From contig NC_135817.1 in assembly GCF_964213995.1 (NCBI RefSeq), positions 52,700,001-52,764,000 on the forward strand: 64,000 bases of DNA, read 5' to 3'. A model generated the notes under the pieces. It was not told the origin of the DNA and did not search any database. It saw only the letters and a program-made list of their open reading frames with translations. Of this stretch, positions 1-13,715 are shown piece after piece (positions within the stretch are counted from its first letter, which is position 1; each line of letters opens with the position of its first letter). The position numbers and the translations under genes are program-made. This stretch comes from Mustelus asterias. Its lineage: Eukaryota.

Positions 1-206
1 TTATTTACACCTCCCCAACAGGCAATATAACAAAATGCTGATATCTTGGAAAATATTATGCTCCCCACTTAAAAATAACTTGAACATTACTAATGTAAAA
101 TGGTGCAGGCACATATTATCACAGAATACAATACGAATAAATCGATATCAATACCTGAAATGTCATGGATTTGTTTGTATACTTGTTTTTACGGTACTCA
201 ACCAAA

Positions 207-966
207 GCTTTGCCCCATCAGTGGTTTCTGTAATACTTTCAGTTTCTTTCTGGCTTCAGTTTGCATTGTAGGTGCAATTTGGACTGGAGGAAGTTTCTCC
301 TGGTTGGGAGCAGCTATGCTGCGTTTATCTTCCCTTGTAAACGTTCATAGGAGAAGGGGGGTGGGGGGAAGAGAGAGAGACACACACACACCATTAACAG
401 CAATACCCAAGGGAGTGCAGCAACAATGGCAGAACACTGAAGAGAAACACCATTATCTTCAACACCTAGGGGAAAGCAACAATACACATAAATTGATACA
501 CTATCAGGAGCACACATGCATGTTAAAATTGCTGGATTAAAATTTCCTGAACTCAGGGATGTATCACCATCAATCACTGCCGACTCACTAGACATAGGAA
601 ATTTAACTCTACTGACGGATACTATCATAGTAATTTACATGTTAAAATGTTTTTCCTTAACACCAGTATGTGTTTAACAAAAATCTCTTCATTTTGAAGA
701 AATAATGAAAAGAATAACTTTTTCTTCTTCCTTCCTACATACTTTCAATAATCAGTCTGGCATCTTTTCTGCTTGAGTATCTCCTTGTGTTTCTCTGACT
801 GCATCAGACCTGAACTTTGACTACCTACTCCACTGATCAATGCCACTGTCCCAACTAAAGACTCTGACTTGCTTTGCCCCATCAGTGGTTTCTGTAATAC
901 TTTCAGTTTCTTTCTGACTTCAGTTTGCATTGTAGGTGCAATTTGGACTGGAGGAAGTTTCTCCTG
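207..966 (+). repeat. 96-bp dispersed direct duplication (207-302 and 871-966)
   Basis: GCTTTGCCCCATCAGTGG...GAAGTTTCTCCTG occurs twice with one mismatch. Confidence 0.95.
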
Positions 967-3030
967 CTCTCCCTTAGTCGGATTTCCTGTTTCAAGCAAA
1001 TAATCTACATGACCCTGATGTAGTCTTCCTCTAAACTTCACTAAATCTGTAAAAGCATCTAGTCTCTTTACAACAACTCCAATCACCACCGTTATCACCA
1101 TGACCTATTAACCAGCTCTGAACTCTTCAGGTTTCATGACTCATCTTCACTTTGTCTTGCTTTTCCCTTGGTTTGCTACTGGTGTTAGACTTAAGCAAAC
1201 TGAAACTTGTCCTTGGAGCATGTTTAAATGCTTACTCATAAGGTGAGCAACCTGTTGTAGACTGAGGTTAACCCATAAGGGAACAGAAAATAGTCTCATG
1301 TATTGAAGAGAGGGAAATTACAGTCTAGCTCATCACCTAGCAAAGACCTCTTCGTGATCAGTGAAATTCATTCTGCAGCATCATTCAATGCTGGGTGTGA
1401 CATAAACAATGGACTGTTATCTGACACCAACACCTCTGGCAACCCATAAGTTGCAAACCAATCTCCCAAAACCGCAATCATTTTGGCACTTATATTGGTC
1501 ATAGACCCACATGCTATAGCTGTCAACAAAAGCAAGGCACAATCCCCTTTTGATTTCAAATTCATTGATATGTACTCATTCCCACAGTTTCCTTGTGTTT
1601 GCCCATGAAAGAAAAAGAGACTTAGTTGAATAATTTCTTATTCCAAGACACACTATTCACCAATTTCTTAATATCTTCACCTACTGTTGAATACCTAAAG
1701 TAGCTTCTTGCTACTGTTTACCTCTGTGTGCTCGCAAACAATCTCATTCTAAAACTTGGTGGAATAATGACTTATAGGAGACAGTCTTGATGTGCACTCG
1801 TTTGATTTCTACGTCTGAACCACTCCTGCAATTTCTCATCACCATGGTCTTCAGTTTAAATTTTAAGTTTATTTACTAGTGTCGTAAGTAGGCTTACATT
1901 AACACTGCAATGAAATTACTGTGAAAATCCCCTACCACCACACTCCGGCGCCTGTTCGGGTACACTGAGGAAGAATTCAGCATGAACAATGCACCTAACC
2001 AGCATGTCTTTTGGACTGTGGGAGGAAACCGGAGCACCCGGAGGAAACCCACGCAGACTCCGCACAGACAGTGACCCAAGCCAGGAATCGAACCCGAGTC
2101 CCTAGCACTGTGAGGCAGCAGTGTTAACCATTGTGCCTGAGCACTTTACTGAGCAGCACATCCTTGTGGGTTTCATCACCATCTTACTCTGACATGTCAT
2201 TTGTGTATGTGAAGTAATTCCCAGTTAACTAAGTGACCAGTGAATCAATGGTCACAGGAAATCTTGAGCTGCATTCACATTAGCATGATCTGCTGACTTG
2301 TGCTTAATATTATACTGGTGGCTAGGCTTATCATTTGGTCCTCCCGGCTCAAAGTTCATGTTGTGCTCTCTTAACACTTCCTCAGTGATAAGACTTCCTG
2401 ATCCCTACTGTAAAAGAACTTGGCCCAGTTTAACCATATCATAAGTCAAAACATTTCCATTTCAGGGAGGCTTCATTCCCTCCTCCTACTTCAGATGGCA
2501 AGTAATGGGATGCTTCTTCAAATTCCACCCTCATATAACACAGCAATATTATTGTTGCAATAATAATCAGCTTCATACCAGTTTTGCATAAGAGAATGTA
2601 ATTTAGGGATTTCTTCTATGCTCTTCTGAGATAACAGACCTTGCAGCTGTATCACTGGTGAATGTAAGTTGTGAATCTCCGATATTTGCTTTTACTGGAG
2701 ACACTGGAATTGTATCTTCAGCCCTATTATTCTCATCGTCCGTGTGCTGTTTCTCTTGCTCTTGTAGAACTCTTGATCTTCCTGCTTGATAACATCACCT
2801 TCTGTTTCTATTTCCATATCTCTCCTGTGCATGTTCAAGGACCCCTGAACTAGCTTTAGATCTACCACAACGTTATCCTTGGTGCATGACTGTGACTTGG
2901 TGCTGCATTGTAACCCTGAGCATTACAGTTTCCTCTGCTGCATACCATCTTGATAGCACCCACTTTTCCACAGACTTAGCACTTTGAACATAAATCTCAC
3001 TGCAATTTTATTCTCGGTCATGCCATGTGA
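745..3030 (-). mobile_element. Decayed Gypsy-type LTR retrotransposon (gag/integrase remnants)
   Basis: Minus-strand WFATYGLPEVLVSDNSPLFMS resembles the integrase core (GLPxxxVSDNGxxF); HVDYLL resembles the integrase C-terminus; C*VCGKVGAIKMVC near 2940-2985 resembles a gag zinc knuckle. Probably continues at about 5290-5700 beyond the CR1 insertion, with a PBS-like TGACAACGAG at 5676-5685. Confidence 0.65.
1866..2137 (-). mobile_element. tRNA-derived V-SINE, tail type 2
   Basis: tRNA head, V-core GGGTTTCCTCCGGGTGCTCCGGTTTCCTCCCACAGTCC, tail ...TTGCAGTGTTAATGTAAGCCTACTT...AAATAAACTT. Confidence 0.85.
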
Positions 3031-3319
3031 GTCCAGAATTTGATTGATTTATGTGTATTTTATAATACTGGGGTTTTACAGGCAACATCGGTTAAACACT
3101 ACAGGCCGAGTATCCTTTATCTGAAACCCTTCGGGCTGATTACATTTTGGTTTCAGATCTAATATATACACAATAGGCCAACTTGCATTACAACAATCTA
3201 AGCCTAGGCTAGCTATACTCTACAAACACTAGGTAGTTTCTCCATTTGCCGAATCTTTCCATGCCTGTTTCTTACCTTTTAACGCTTCTTACATCTGTAA
3301 TATAATACTGCATGTAGGA

Positions 3320-5270
3320 TATCTAAGGAAATAAAGGAGGGTATCAAATTGAAAGAAAATGCATACAAAGTGGCAAAGATTAGTGGGAACCTAGAGGATT
3401 GGGAAATCTTTAAAGGTCAACAGAAAGCCATGTAAACAGTTATAAAGAAAAGTAAGATAGATTATGAGAATAAACTAGCACAGAATATAAGAACAGATAG
3501 CAAAAGTGTCTACAAATATATAAAACGAAAAAGAGTGGCTAAAGTAAACATTGGTCCTTTAGAGGACGAGAAGGGGGATGTAATAACTGGAAATGAGAAA
3601 ATGGCTGAGGCATTGAACAGGTATTTTGTGTCGGTCTTCACAATGGAAGACACAAATAACATGCCAAAAATTGATGACAGGAAGACTATGGCAGGTGAGG
3701 ACCTAGAAACTGTCATTATCACGAAAGAGGTCGTGTTGGGCAAGTCTCCTGGTCCTGATGGAATGCATCCCAGGGTACTAAAAGAGATAGTGGGAGAAAT
3801 AGCAAATGCACTAGTGGTAATTTACCAAAATTCGCTGGACTCTGGGGTTGTTCCCGCAGATTGGAAAACAGCAAATGTGACGCCACTGTTTTAAAAAGAG
3901 GTAGACAAAAGGCGGGTAACTATAGGCCGGTTAGCTTAACTTCTGTAGTAGGGAAAATGCTTGAATCTATCATCAAGAAAGAAATAGCGAGACATCTGGA
4001 TATAAATTGTCCCATTGGTAAGACGTAGCATTGATTCATGAAGGGCAGGTCATGTTTGACTAATTTGGTGGAATTCTTTGAGAACATTACATGCGCAGTA
4101 GACAATGGGGAACCTGTGGATGTGGTGTATCTGGATTTTCAGAAGGCATTTGACAAGGTGCCGCACCAAAGACTGCTACATAAGATAAAGGTACACGGTG
4201 TTACGGGTAATGTATTTAGCATGGATAGAGGATTGGTTAATCAACAGAAAGCAAAGAGTGGGGATAAATGGGTATTTTGCTGGTTGGCGAACAGGACTAG
4301 TGATGTGCCTCAGGGATCAGTGTTGGGACTACGATTTACATAGATGATTTGGAGTTGGGGACCAAGTGTAGTGTGTCAAAATTCGCAGATGATACTAAGA
4401 TGGGTGTGCAGAGGACGCTGAATGTAGATAGTCTAAGTGAGTGGGCGAGGGTCTGCCAGATGGAGTACAATGTTGGTAAATGTGAGGCCATCCATTTTGG
4501 TAGGAATAACAGCAAAATGGACTATTATTTAAATGGTAAAAACTTGCAGCATGCTGCTGTGCAGAGGGACCTGGGTGTCCTTGTGCAAGAATCACGAGGA
4601 GTTGGTTTGCAGGTGCAGCAGGTAATTAAGAAGGCAAATGGAATTTTGTCCTTCGTTGCTAGAGGGGTGGAGTTTAAAAACAGCGAGGTTATGTTGCAGC
4701 TGTATAACGTGCTGGTGAGGCCACACCTGGAGTCCTGTGTACAGTTTTTGGTCTCCTTACTTGAGAAAGGATATACTGGCACTGGAGGGGGTGCAGAGGA
4801 GATTCACTAGGTTGATTCCGGAGTTGAGAGGGTTGGCTTATGAGGAGAGACTGAGTAGACTGGGGCTATCCTCATTGGAATTCAGAAGAATGAGGGGAGA
4901 ACTTATAGAAACATATAAGATTATGTAGGGAATAGATAAGATAGAAGCAAGGAAGTTGTTTCCACTGGCAGGTGAAACTAGAACTAGGGGGCATGGCCTC
5001 AAAATAAGGGGAAACGGATTTAGGACTGAGTTGAGGAGGAACTTCTTCACACACAGGGTTGTGAATCTGCTGAATTCCCTGCCCAGTGAAGCAGTTGAGG
5101 CTACCTCATTGAATGCTTTTTAGGCAAGGATAGATACATTTTTGAACAATTAAGGAATTAAGGGTTATGGTGAGCGGGCGGGTAAGTGGAGCCGAGTCCA
5201 CGAAAAGAGCAGCCATGATCTTATTGAATGGCGGAGCAGGCTCGAGGGTCCCACTCCTGGTTCTTATGTA
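3320..5270 (+). mobile_element. CR1 LINE, 5'-truncated, disrupted ORF2 (RT)
   Basis: KSPGPDGMHPRVLKE, GRSCLTNLVEFFE, VYLDFQKAFDKVPH, VPQGSVLG, KFADDTK, RRMRGELIETYKIM; CR1 3' UTR; stops and frameshifts. Confidence 0.95.
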
Positions 5271-6912
5271 TTTATTAACATACAAATGAACTGCATAACT
5301 TTAAAAAAAAACACACTCTGTTCTTGGCTGTGTTCAGTTTTCAGATGTACCTCAAAAGCATCTGGCGAACAAAACATTTACTATTGTCCTTGTCTCCTGT
5401 TTTATTCTCTTCCAGCCATATTGCTAACCTTTGATCATACTGACACCAGGCCTCTTCATTTGGGTTATATTTCCCCCATTTGCTCCAAATATGCCTCAAG
5501 TGCCATTTTCTTTTTTGCACGCCGTGCGGACCCAGTGCCTGAACATGATGTGCAGATGGAGCAATCCTTCAAATTACTCAAACTTCCTCAAAATCGTCTT
5601 GTAAGAATCCCAAGAATGTGTCACAATTTTCATCACTCATAAATTTCTTAACTGAAATGTAAAAGAAAATTCCATCTCGTTGTCATCTTTCTGTTGTATA
5701 TCACACTGAGTAAGAGTGATGCAGCTAGGTGGGGCTGATTTATGTTAGACTGCACCTTGAATCAGGACTGCACCCAGTTCTGGTCACGGACAAATGAGTT
5801 AGACTTTCAGTTGCTGGAGGCACTTCAGAAAGGGCCCTCATGTTTAGTTGCCAATATCGGGTATGCTTTTCAGTCTGGAGAGAAGGGTTGAAAGGTAACC
5901 GTAGAGATGTAGGAGGTTCTAACGGGTACGTAACTTGGAACGTTACTTCATACTAAATTGCAAAAATCGAACACCATGGGTTCAAACTAGAAACGGGGGC
6001 TTTTATGGCATGTAATTCTGCATGAATAATAGACATGCACAGAGACGAAAGGAAGTAAAAACTGCGACACCAGGATGATTTGTGGATCTTGCTGGGTGAG
6101 ATGAAATAAAATATATCTAATGGCTTTCCTCAATGTTACTTTGGAGAAGGGCAATAAAAAGAGGGAATAGCACTGAAACTCAACTCCCCTGTTGCGCAGA
6201 CAGGAGGACCCTAAAAGGAGTAGCAGAGCCACATTGAACAGCTAGGGTGGGTAAATGAAAGCACCTTCAAGGGAGATTTGGGGTGGGTGGGGGGAGAACT
6301 GGGCAACGAGACCCAGACCAAATACAACTGAGGAAACACTTAGCCATTTAACAGCTCTTAGAGAGAAAATAGGACTGTGTGGAGGCTGCTTGATGAATTT
6401 CTTGATTTGGAAGAAAGGGGTGATTATATTCTTTATCTGGATGATTCAGTGCCAGCAATTGTTCCTGAGTCTTCTGTTCCAGCTGCTTGCTTGTGCAAAA
6501 TTACACTGGTGCTTCAGGAAATACAGTTAAATGAAGATATGATTAATAGCTTTCACCCTCTTTGGGCAGATGTTTGGAGTCATCTGTTTACATGTAGTGA
6601 CATGCAAGTGGTGTGAGTAATGTAATCTGATCTATACAAGATATGGAAACGGCAAAATAATTTCAGTTTCAATAACATCACTATACTTATTTAGAGAGAA
6701 TAAAGAACTATTAAGTGTTAATTGCCAGAGGCATTTTTTTTTTAGTATTGTTGAACCATTCTGTAGCTCCTGTTTTTAATACATGATTTCAATGCTGTGA
6801 AATGGGGACTTGGTACAAGTATTATGAAGCTCTTGACTTGCATAAAATGAAAACCTGTTGTGGATGCTTTTTGCGGCCTAGTTATTATTTGGTCATTAAT
6901 GTGCCTCCTTTT

Positions 6913-8577
6913 TGAACAAAGAACAATACAGCACAGGAACAGGCTCTTCGGCCCTCCAAGCCCGTGCCACTCCCTGGTCCAAACTAGACCATTCTTTTGT
7001 ATCCCTCCATTCCCACTCCGTTCATGTGGCTATCTAGATAAGTCTTAAACGCCCCCAGTGTGTCCGCCTCCACCACCTTGCCTGGCAGCGCATTCCAGGC
7101 CCCCACCACCCTCTGTATAAAATATGTCCTTCTGATATCTGTGTTAAACCCCACCCCCCTTCACCTTGAACCTATGACCCCTCGTGAACGTCACCACCGA
7201 CCTGGGGAAAAGCTTCCCACCATTCACCCTATCTATGCCTTTCATAATTTTATACACCTCTATTAGGTCACCCCTCATCCTCCATCTTTCCAGTGAGAAC
7301 AACCCCAGTTTACCCAATCTCTCCTCATAACTAAGCCCCTCCATACCAGGCAACATCCTGGTAAACCTCCTCTGTACTCTCTCCAAAGCCTCCACGTCCT
7401 TCTGGTAGTGTGGCGACCAGAACTGGACGCAGTATTCCAAATGCGGCCGAACCAACGTTCTATACATCTGCAACATCAGACCCCAACTTTTATACTCAAT
7501 GCCCCGTCCTATAAAGGCAAGCATGCCATATGCCTTCTTCACCACCTTCTCCACCTGTGACGTCACCTTCAAGGATCTGTGGACTTGCACACCCAGGTCC
7601 CTCTGCGTATCTACACCCTTTATGGTTCTGCCATTTATCGTATAGCTCCTCCCTACATTGTTTCTGCCAAAATGCATCACTTCGCATTTATCAGGATTGA
7701 ACTCCATCTGCCATTTCTTTGCCCAAATTTCCAGCCTATCTATATTCTTCTGTAGCTTCTGACAATGCTCCTCACTATCTGCAAGTCCTGCCAATTTTGT
7801 GTCGTCCACAAACTTACTGATCACCCCAGTTACACCTTCTTCCAGATTGTTTATATAAATCACAAACAGCAGAGGTCCCAATACAGAGCCCTGCGGAACA
7901 CCACAGGCCTCCAGCCGGAAAAAGACCCTTCCACGACCACCCTCTCTTCTGTGACCAAGCCAGTTCTCCACCCATCTAGCCACCTCCCCCTTTATTCCAT
8001 GAGATCCAACCTTTTTCACCAGCCTACCATGAGGGACTTTGTCAAACGCTTTACTAAAGTCCATATAGACGACATCTGCGGCCCTTCCCTCATCAACCAT
8101 TCTAGTCACTTCTTCAAAAAACTCCTCCAGGTTAGTGAGGCATGACCTCCCTCTCACAAAACCATGCTGACTATTGTTAATGAGTTTATTCCTTTCTAAA
8201 TGCGCATACATCCTATCTCTAAGAATCTTCTCCAACAACTTCCCCACCACGGACGTCAAGCTCACCAGCCTATAATTACCCGGGTTATCCTTCCTACCCT
8301 TCTTAAATAGCGGGACCACATTAGCTATCTTCCAATCCTCTGGGACTTCACCTGCGTCCAGTGACGAGACAAAGATTTGTGTCAGAGGCCCAGCGATTTA
8401 ATCTCTCGCCTCCCTGAGCAGCCTTGGATAGATTCCATCAGGCCCTGGGGATTTGTCAGTCTTTATATTCTCTAACAAACCTAACACTTCCTCCCTTATA
8501 ATGGAGATTTTCTCCAACGGTTCAACACTCCCCTCCGAGACACTCCCAGTCAACACATCCCTCTCCTTTGTGAATAT
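6913..8577 (-). mobile_element. CR1 LINE subfamily A, young, 5'-truncated (391-aa open RT segment)
   Basis: ORF 7144-8319 has RT motifs (YMDFSKAFDKVPH, GVPQGSVLGPLLF, KFVDDTK); 3' tail GTATTGTTCTTTGTTC; nearly identical to the copy at 27742. Confidence 0.96.
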
Positions 8578-9269
8578 TGGTTCATTGAATGTTTGGTTCA
8601 TTAAATATAAAATTCAGATAGCAATGAGTTTTTGACTAATAGTTACATGTGGCACACCACATCACTCGGCTTTAGGATCAGTTTAAGTAAATTTTACTCC
8701 TTTTAAATTTGCATTTTTAACAGTCCAGTTTCTGTAGGAAATGTTGTAGAAAAGCAGGAAGCACAAAGCACAAAAGGAATGGGGAGAAGATTCCACCTTT
8801 GTTGCTGGCCACCAGAAAATCTAGTCTAACTCCTTTGGTAAGCTACTGACTCTTTGCAGTTGCTGAATAGCTTCAATAGTTACTAGTCACCCCACATGCA
8901 GTATGTGGAAAAACGTCCTCTTGAATATGGGAATCTGATGGGAACACTGGGGAGTTAGGAACATGGGAACAAAGCATGTATTATTTGCAATGTGACTCAA
9001 GTCCATATTGGGTTACTTTTTTTTTTAAGTATTCCACCACTTCATATTTACACCAGATGGTTTTGTCATGCAACTTGGTAGAATTACATTTCGTTCAAGT
9101 AATGAAGATATGCATGGTCAGGGACCACAGTGAATTTTGACTCTATTTGTCCATCAAAATGGTGAGTTTCAAAACAGCAAAATACTTAATCGATCAGGGT
9201 CTGAGTCAATATTGACCTGCAAGATTAGTCGGGCAGATGAAACACCCGCCAAAAGAAAATGAGGAATGT

Positions 9270-9447
9270 CACAATCCAGATGTGCGGGTTAGGTTGACTA
9301 GCCATGCACAATTGCCCTTTAGTGTCAGGGGAATTAGCATAGTAAGTACGAGGGGTCATGGGAATAGGGCCTGGGTGGGATTGTTGTCAGTGCAGGCTCA
9401 ATGGGCCAAATGGCCATTTTCTGCACTGTAGGGATTCTATGATTCTA
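9270..9447 (+). mobile_element. HE1-like SINE 3' part, tail type 1
   Basis: GATGTGCGGGTTAGGTTGA...TGCACTGTAGGGATTCTATGATTCTA. Confidence 0.8.
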
Positions 9448-10159
9448 AGCTAAACACTGAGGCTTGAGGAGAAGACTATTGTGCTTTTCCACCTCGGCAG
9501 AAGCATTTTTAGTTGGTCTGAAGATAGGAGACGTTCTTTGGTTAGCCTAAAAAGGAGCCCAAGCCCTCAACAGGAATGTCATGACTGGAAATCTACTCAC
9601 TGGTATAGCTTTCCACTGGAAGCCTACTCCAAATTGAAGCCTACTCCAAATTAAAATTTTCCTCAATTTGTTGACATGATATTGTGGCAGAAAAACATAA
9701 TAATTGGCTTGCCGCCTGTGGTATAATAGTTTCATTGACCCAGTCCAGTGTCTCTGGGCTTAATAGAGTTCAGCACAGGTTTGAATAAGTGTCGCTGTTA
9801 TCCTTTCAATACAATGGCTGAAAATTCATCTGTATCACTGAAAGAAATCCAATAGATTTATTGCCCTCATCGGATTGAAAGTAATAGCATATCGCCAATT
9901 CACAAGTCGTATCTTTTAAAATGTCTTTCATCATTGGAGTTACTGGGCCTTATTCATGGCGTACCTTCTTTCGTTCATGACTCCTTTTTGTCCCACTGAA
10001 TGGGGCCAGGGAATTGGAGTTGCTGAGGCTGGGGTTATGAAGTCAGGAGAAGCACTTCTCCATCTGGGCTCAAACATGATGAACCTGACTACAGATTCCT
10101 CTTCTGCCAGAACACTACCCGATACTGGAGTGTGCGTGTGTGCGCGCACCCGTGTCCGT

Positions 10160-10366
10160 CCCAGGGTTCCGTTCCCAGCTTCAGTCACTGTCTGTGCGGG
10201 GTCTGCAAGTTCTCTCTGCGTCTGCGCGGGCTTCCTCTGGCTGCTGCAGTTTCCTCCCACAGTCTGAAAGACGTGCTGATGATGCGAAATTCTCCTTCAG
10301 TGGAGCCGAACAGGTGCCAATTTCATTGCAGTGTTAATGTAAGCTTGTGACTAATAACTTATTAAA
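10160..10366 (+). mobile_element. Degenerate V-SINE, tail type 2
   Basis: V-core remnant and TTGCAGTGTTAATGTAAGC tail. Confidence 0.7.
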
Positions 10367-10848
10367 AAATTTAGCAGGCCACCACTAGACTCAGCTGCTC
10401 TGGCTAGTGGGTTTGTGGGAAAAGTTATAGTCATGGCAACAGCAGCAATGGGACAATAGGTCATTGACCACTTTGTATTCCAGGTGTCATTGTCCAGATC
10501 CCCCCAGGTGGGGAGGCCTGAAAATTCATCATGCAACCCTCTCTCTCTCTTTCTCTCCACCCCCAGTCACTACTTGTGTCGTTTCTAACATGGTTATTGA
10601 CATATCGGTTTGATGGACTATAATTACCTGAAAGATTTAATGTCAAACTCTGATCACCACATCTTGATTTATAATCCCCTTTGAATTTTGGGAGTTGATT
10701 AAAATAGGGGTATAATGCAAACCCCTCCAGTCCATTGCCAATTTAACCCCTTAACTACAGGCAGTGATAACATTAAAATGGTTGGGCCACACATGCTATT
10801 GGTTGACAGAAACCATTGCTCCATATTTTATGCACTTCTGTTCAGTCT

Positions 10849-11470
10849 AATGAGTCAAAACACCAGATAGAATTTTCCCAGTCCCAGGGAGGCTGTTTAG
10901 GAGGCAGGAAGTTGTAAAATAGCTCGTCAGGCCAACCACTTGAAATGTTCCAACCTCAGTGATCTTACCAGAGGTGGGATGAACACGGCAAAAACTGGCA
11001 GTGGAGGGCAGCCAATTTGGCCAATTAAGGGAGTAAAATACCTGAAAGGTGATGGTGTCGCTGGGATTTTCCTGATGGTGGGCAGACTGAGCCAGGCATT
11101 TAACTGGAGGCAGTTCCTGGCACCAGGCCAAAGGAGCATCAATGCCTTTCTTCACTCACCGCGGTTTTGCTTCCAGTTCTGCCAACTAAACCACCTCCCC
11201 AGGACCGGGAACATTCTGCCTGATGTTTTGACTCATTGCACTGGACAGAACCTCAGCCATGCCTGCCTGTCCCTCTGAGGCAACCAGCTTCGACATTGCT
11301 GTGGGCCCTCCTATTAGACGACCTGCTTCCCTTGTCTGGTTCTTAATTGGATGGTGCTACCGGAGGCAGTGACTTAATTGGCCATCTCTAGGAAGGTCAT
11401 GCCATGTCCACTTCCTGGTCCTGACCTGACATTGAAGCTGAGGGATGGCAACCTAACCAAAATTCAACCC
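10849..11470. repeat. MITE-like element with ~55-bp inverted repeat (10849-10900 / 11186-11237)
   Basis: AATGAGTCAAAACACCAGATAGAATTTTCCCAGTCC... is the reverse complement of ...GGACCGGGAACATTCTGCCTGATGTTTTGACTCATT; the element ends AAAATTCAACCC at 11470. Confidence 0.6.
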
Positions 11471-11865
11471 AGTTTTTGGCAGGAACACTTTTCCAGGCCA
11501 TGTTGAAGTAGATTATTTAAGAACAATCCTCTTTTTGACAGGCCCAATATTCAATAATAACCACTTCCATTTGTATGGCATCTTGACATCGAAAAATGCC
11601 CCAAGACGCTAAGTCTGCCTTTTAACCAAAGTTGGTCTTAAAGATCTAAAGAACTACTTTACATCCTTAGCTTCACCTCCTAGGACATCACATTGGGGTT
11701 TTACAGGCTGAACTATCTGCTGTTATGATGCCTAGAATGTTGATGCACACTTTGTAATTTCTAGTTTTGTTTAAATATAAAGGACATGGAATCAAACACT
11801 TAACCATTGCCTTTTAGTTTGCAAAAGATACAAGGACCATTAACGTTTTGTTTGCTTGTCAAATT

Positions 11866-12844
11866 CATAGAAACATAGGAGCAGGAGGAGGCCATTCATT
11901 ATGATCATGGCTGATAATCCAACTCAATAGCCTGATGCTGCCATCTTTTGGGCGGCACGGTAGCACAGTGGTTAGCACTGCTGCTTCACAGCTCCAGGGA
12001 TCTGGGTTCGATTCCCGGCTTGGGTCACTGTCTGTGTGGAGTTTGCACATTCTCCTCGTGTCTGCATGGGTTTCCTCCGGGTTCTCCGGTTTCCTCCCAC
12101 AGTCCAAAGATGTGCGGGTTAGGTTGATTGGCCATGCTAAAATTGCCCCTTAGTGTCCTGAGATGTGTAGGTTAGAGGGATTAGTGGGTAAATATGGGCG
12201 TAGGGCCTGGGTGGGATTGTGGTCGGTGCAGACTCGATGGGCCGAATGGCCTCCTTCTGCACTGTAGGGTTTCTATGATTTCTATGATTTCTAAGTGAAT
12301 ACAATCTAACCCACTCAATCTCTCCTCATACTTCAGTCCTGCCATCCCTAGAATCATTCTGGTAAAGCTTCTCTGCATTCCCTCTCGAGCAAGAACATTC
12401 TTCCCCAAATAAGGAGACCAAAACTGCACACACTATTCCAGGTGTGGCCTCATCAAGGCCCAGTATAATTGCATCAATACATCCCTGCTCCTGTACTCTA
12501 ATCCTCTTGCTATGAAGGCCAACATACATTTTTTACATTGTTCTTCTTACTGCCTGCTGCACCTGCATGCCTACATTCAGTGATTGGTGTACATGGACAC
12601 TCAGGTCTCGTTGCACATTACCCCCTCCTAATTTATGGCCATTCAGATGGTAATCTGCCTTCCTGTTTTCGCTACCTAAATGGATAACCTCACATATATC
12701 CAAATTATACTGCATCTGCCATTCATTTGCCCACTCGCTCAACTTGTCCAAATCACACTGAAGGGTCTCTGCATCCTCACCCTCCCACCCAGCTTTGTCA
12801 TTTGCAAATTTGGAGATATTACATTTAGCTCCCTCATCTAATCA

Positions 12845-12893
<49 letters not shown>

Positions 12894-13345
12894 GCAGTAC
12901 CCCACTAGTCACTGCCTGCCATTTGGGAAAAGACCATTTATTCCTACACTTTTTTTTGTCTGCAAACCAGTTTTCTCTCCATCTCAATACACGACCCCCA
13001 ATCTTAGGCACTTTAATTTTACGTGCTAATCTCAGGACTTGTCGGAAGTCTTCTGAAAGTCCAAATAAACCACATCCACTAGCTCCCCCTCATCAACACT
13101 TCTAGTTACATCCTCGAAGAATTCCAGTAGATTTGTCAAGCATGATTTTCCCTTTCATAAATCCATGCTGACTCTGTCCAATCCTGTCAGTGTTTTGCTA
13201 TAAAATCTTTAATAATGGGTTCTAGAATTTTCACCGCTACCAATGTCGGGCTGACTGGTCTATAATTCCCTGTTTATGGGGTTACATTAGCTACCTCCAA
13301 TGTGTAGGAACTGTTCCAGAATCTGTGGCGTCTTGGAAGGTGACC
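11866..13345 (-). mobile_element. CR1 LINE fragment interrupted by a SINE and a (TA)n tract
   Basis: 3' end at 11866-11945; RT C-terminal fragments (DKLSEWANEWQMQYN, QFWSPYL) in 12294-13345; (TA)n at about 12849-12888. Confidence 0.88.
11950..12293 (+). mobile_element. Full-length HE1-like V-SINE, tail type 1
   Basis: A/B boxes (TAGCACAGTGG, GGTTCGATTCC), V-core, CR1-like tail ending TTTCTATGATTTCTATGATTTCTA. Confidence 0.92.
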
Positions 13346-13367
13346 ACCAATTCAGAAGAAATCGCTT

Positions 13368-13715
13368 TAGAATCATAGGATCGTAGAATCCTACAGTGCG
13401 GAAGGAGGCCATTCAGCCCATCAAGTCTGCACCAACCACAACCCCACCCAGACCTTATCCCCACAATCCCATGCATTTACCCGAGCTCGTCCCTAGCTAG
13501 TCTACCCTAGCAAGACACTAGGAGGCAATTTAGCATGGCCAATCCACCTAACCATCTTTGAACTGTGGGAGGAAACCGGAGCAACCAGAGGAAACCTACG
13601 CAGACATGGGGAGAACGTGCAAACTCCACACAGACAGTGATCCAAGCCGGGAATTGAACCCGGGTCCCTGGCGCTGAGAGGCAGCAGTGCTATCCACTGT
13701 GCCACCGTGCTGCCC
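13368..13715 (-). mobile_element. HE1-like SINE, tail type 1
   Basis: Full head, core and tail in reverse orientation. Confidence 0.9.

Noticed and set aside
3100-3160. TACAGGCCGAGTATCCTTTATCTGAAA, Tigger/MER2-like TIR
   Set aside because: No convincing partner terminus or body found; too short to call.
6377-6616. 79-aa acidic ORF (LLDEFLDLEERGDYILYLDD...)
   Set aside because: No recognisable domain, ATG start or supporting splice pattern.
7144-8319. 391-aa and other RT ORFs as host genes or autonomous LINEs
   Set aside because: 5'-truncated CR1 copies lacking ORF1 and the endonuclease, with stops or frameshifts upstream.
8779-8845. ATG GGG AGA... followed by GTAAGC as exon 1
   Set aside because: MGRRFHLCCWPTRKSSLTPL is not hydrophobic and the donor is phase 0.
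11950-12030. tRNA genes
   Set aside because: A/B boxes belong to SINE heads that continue into V-core and LINE-like tails.
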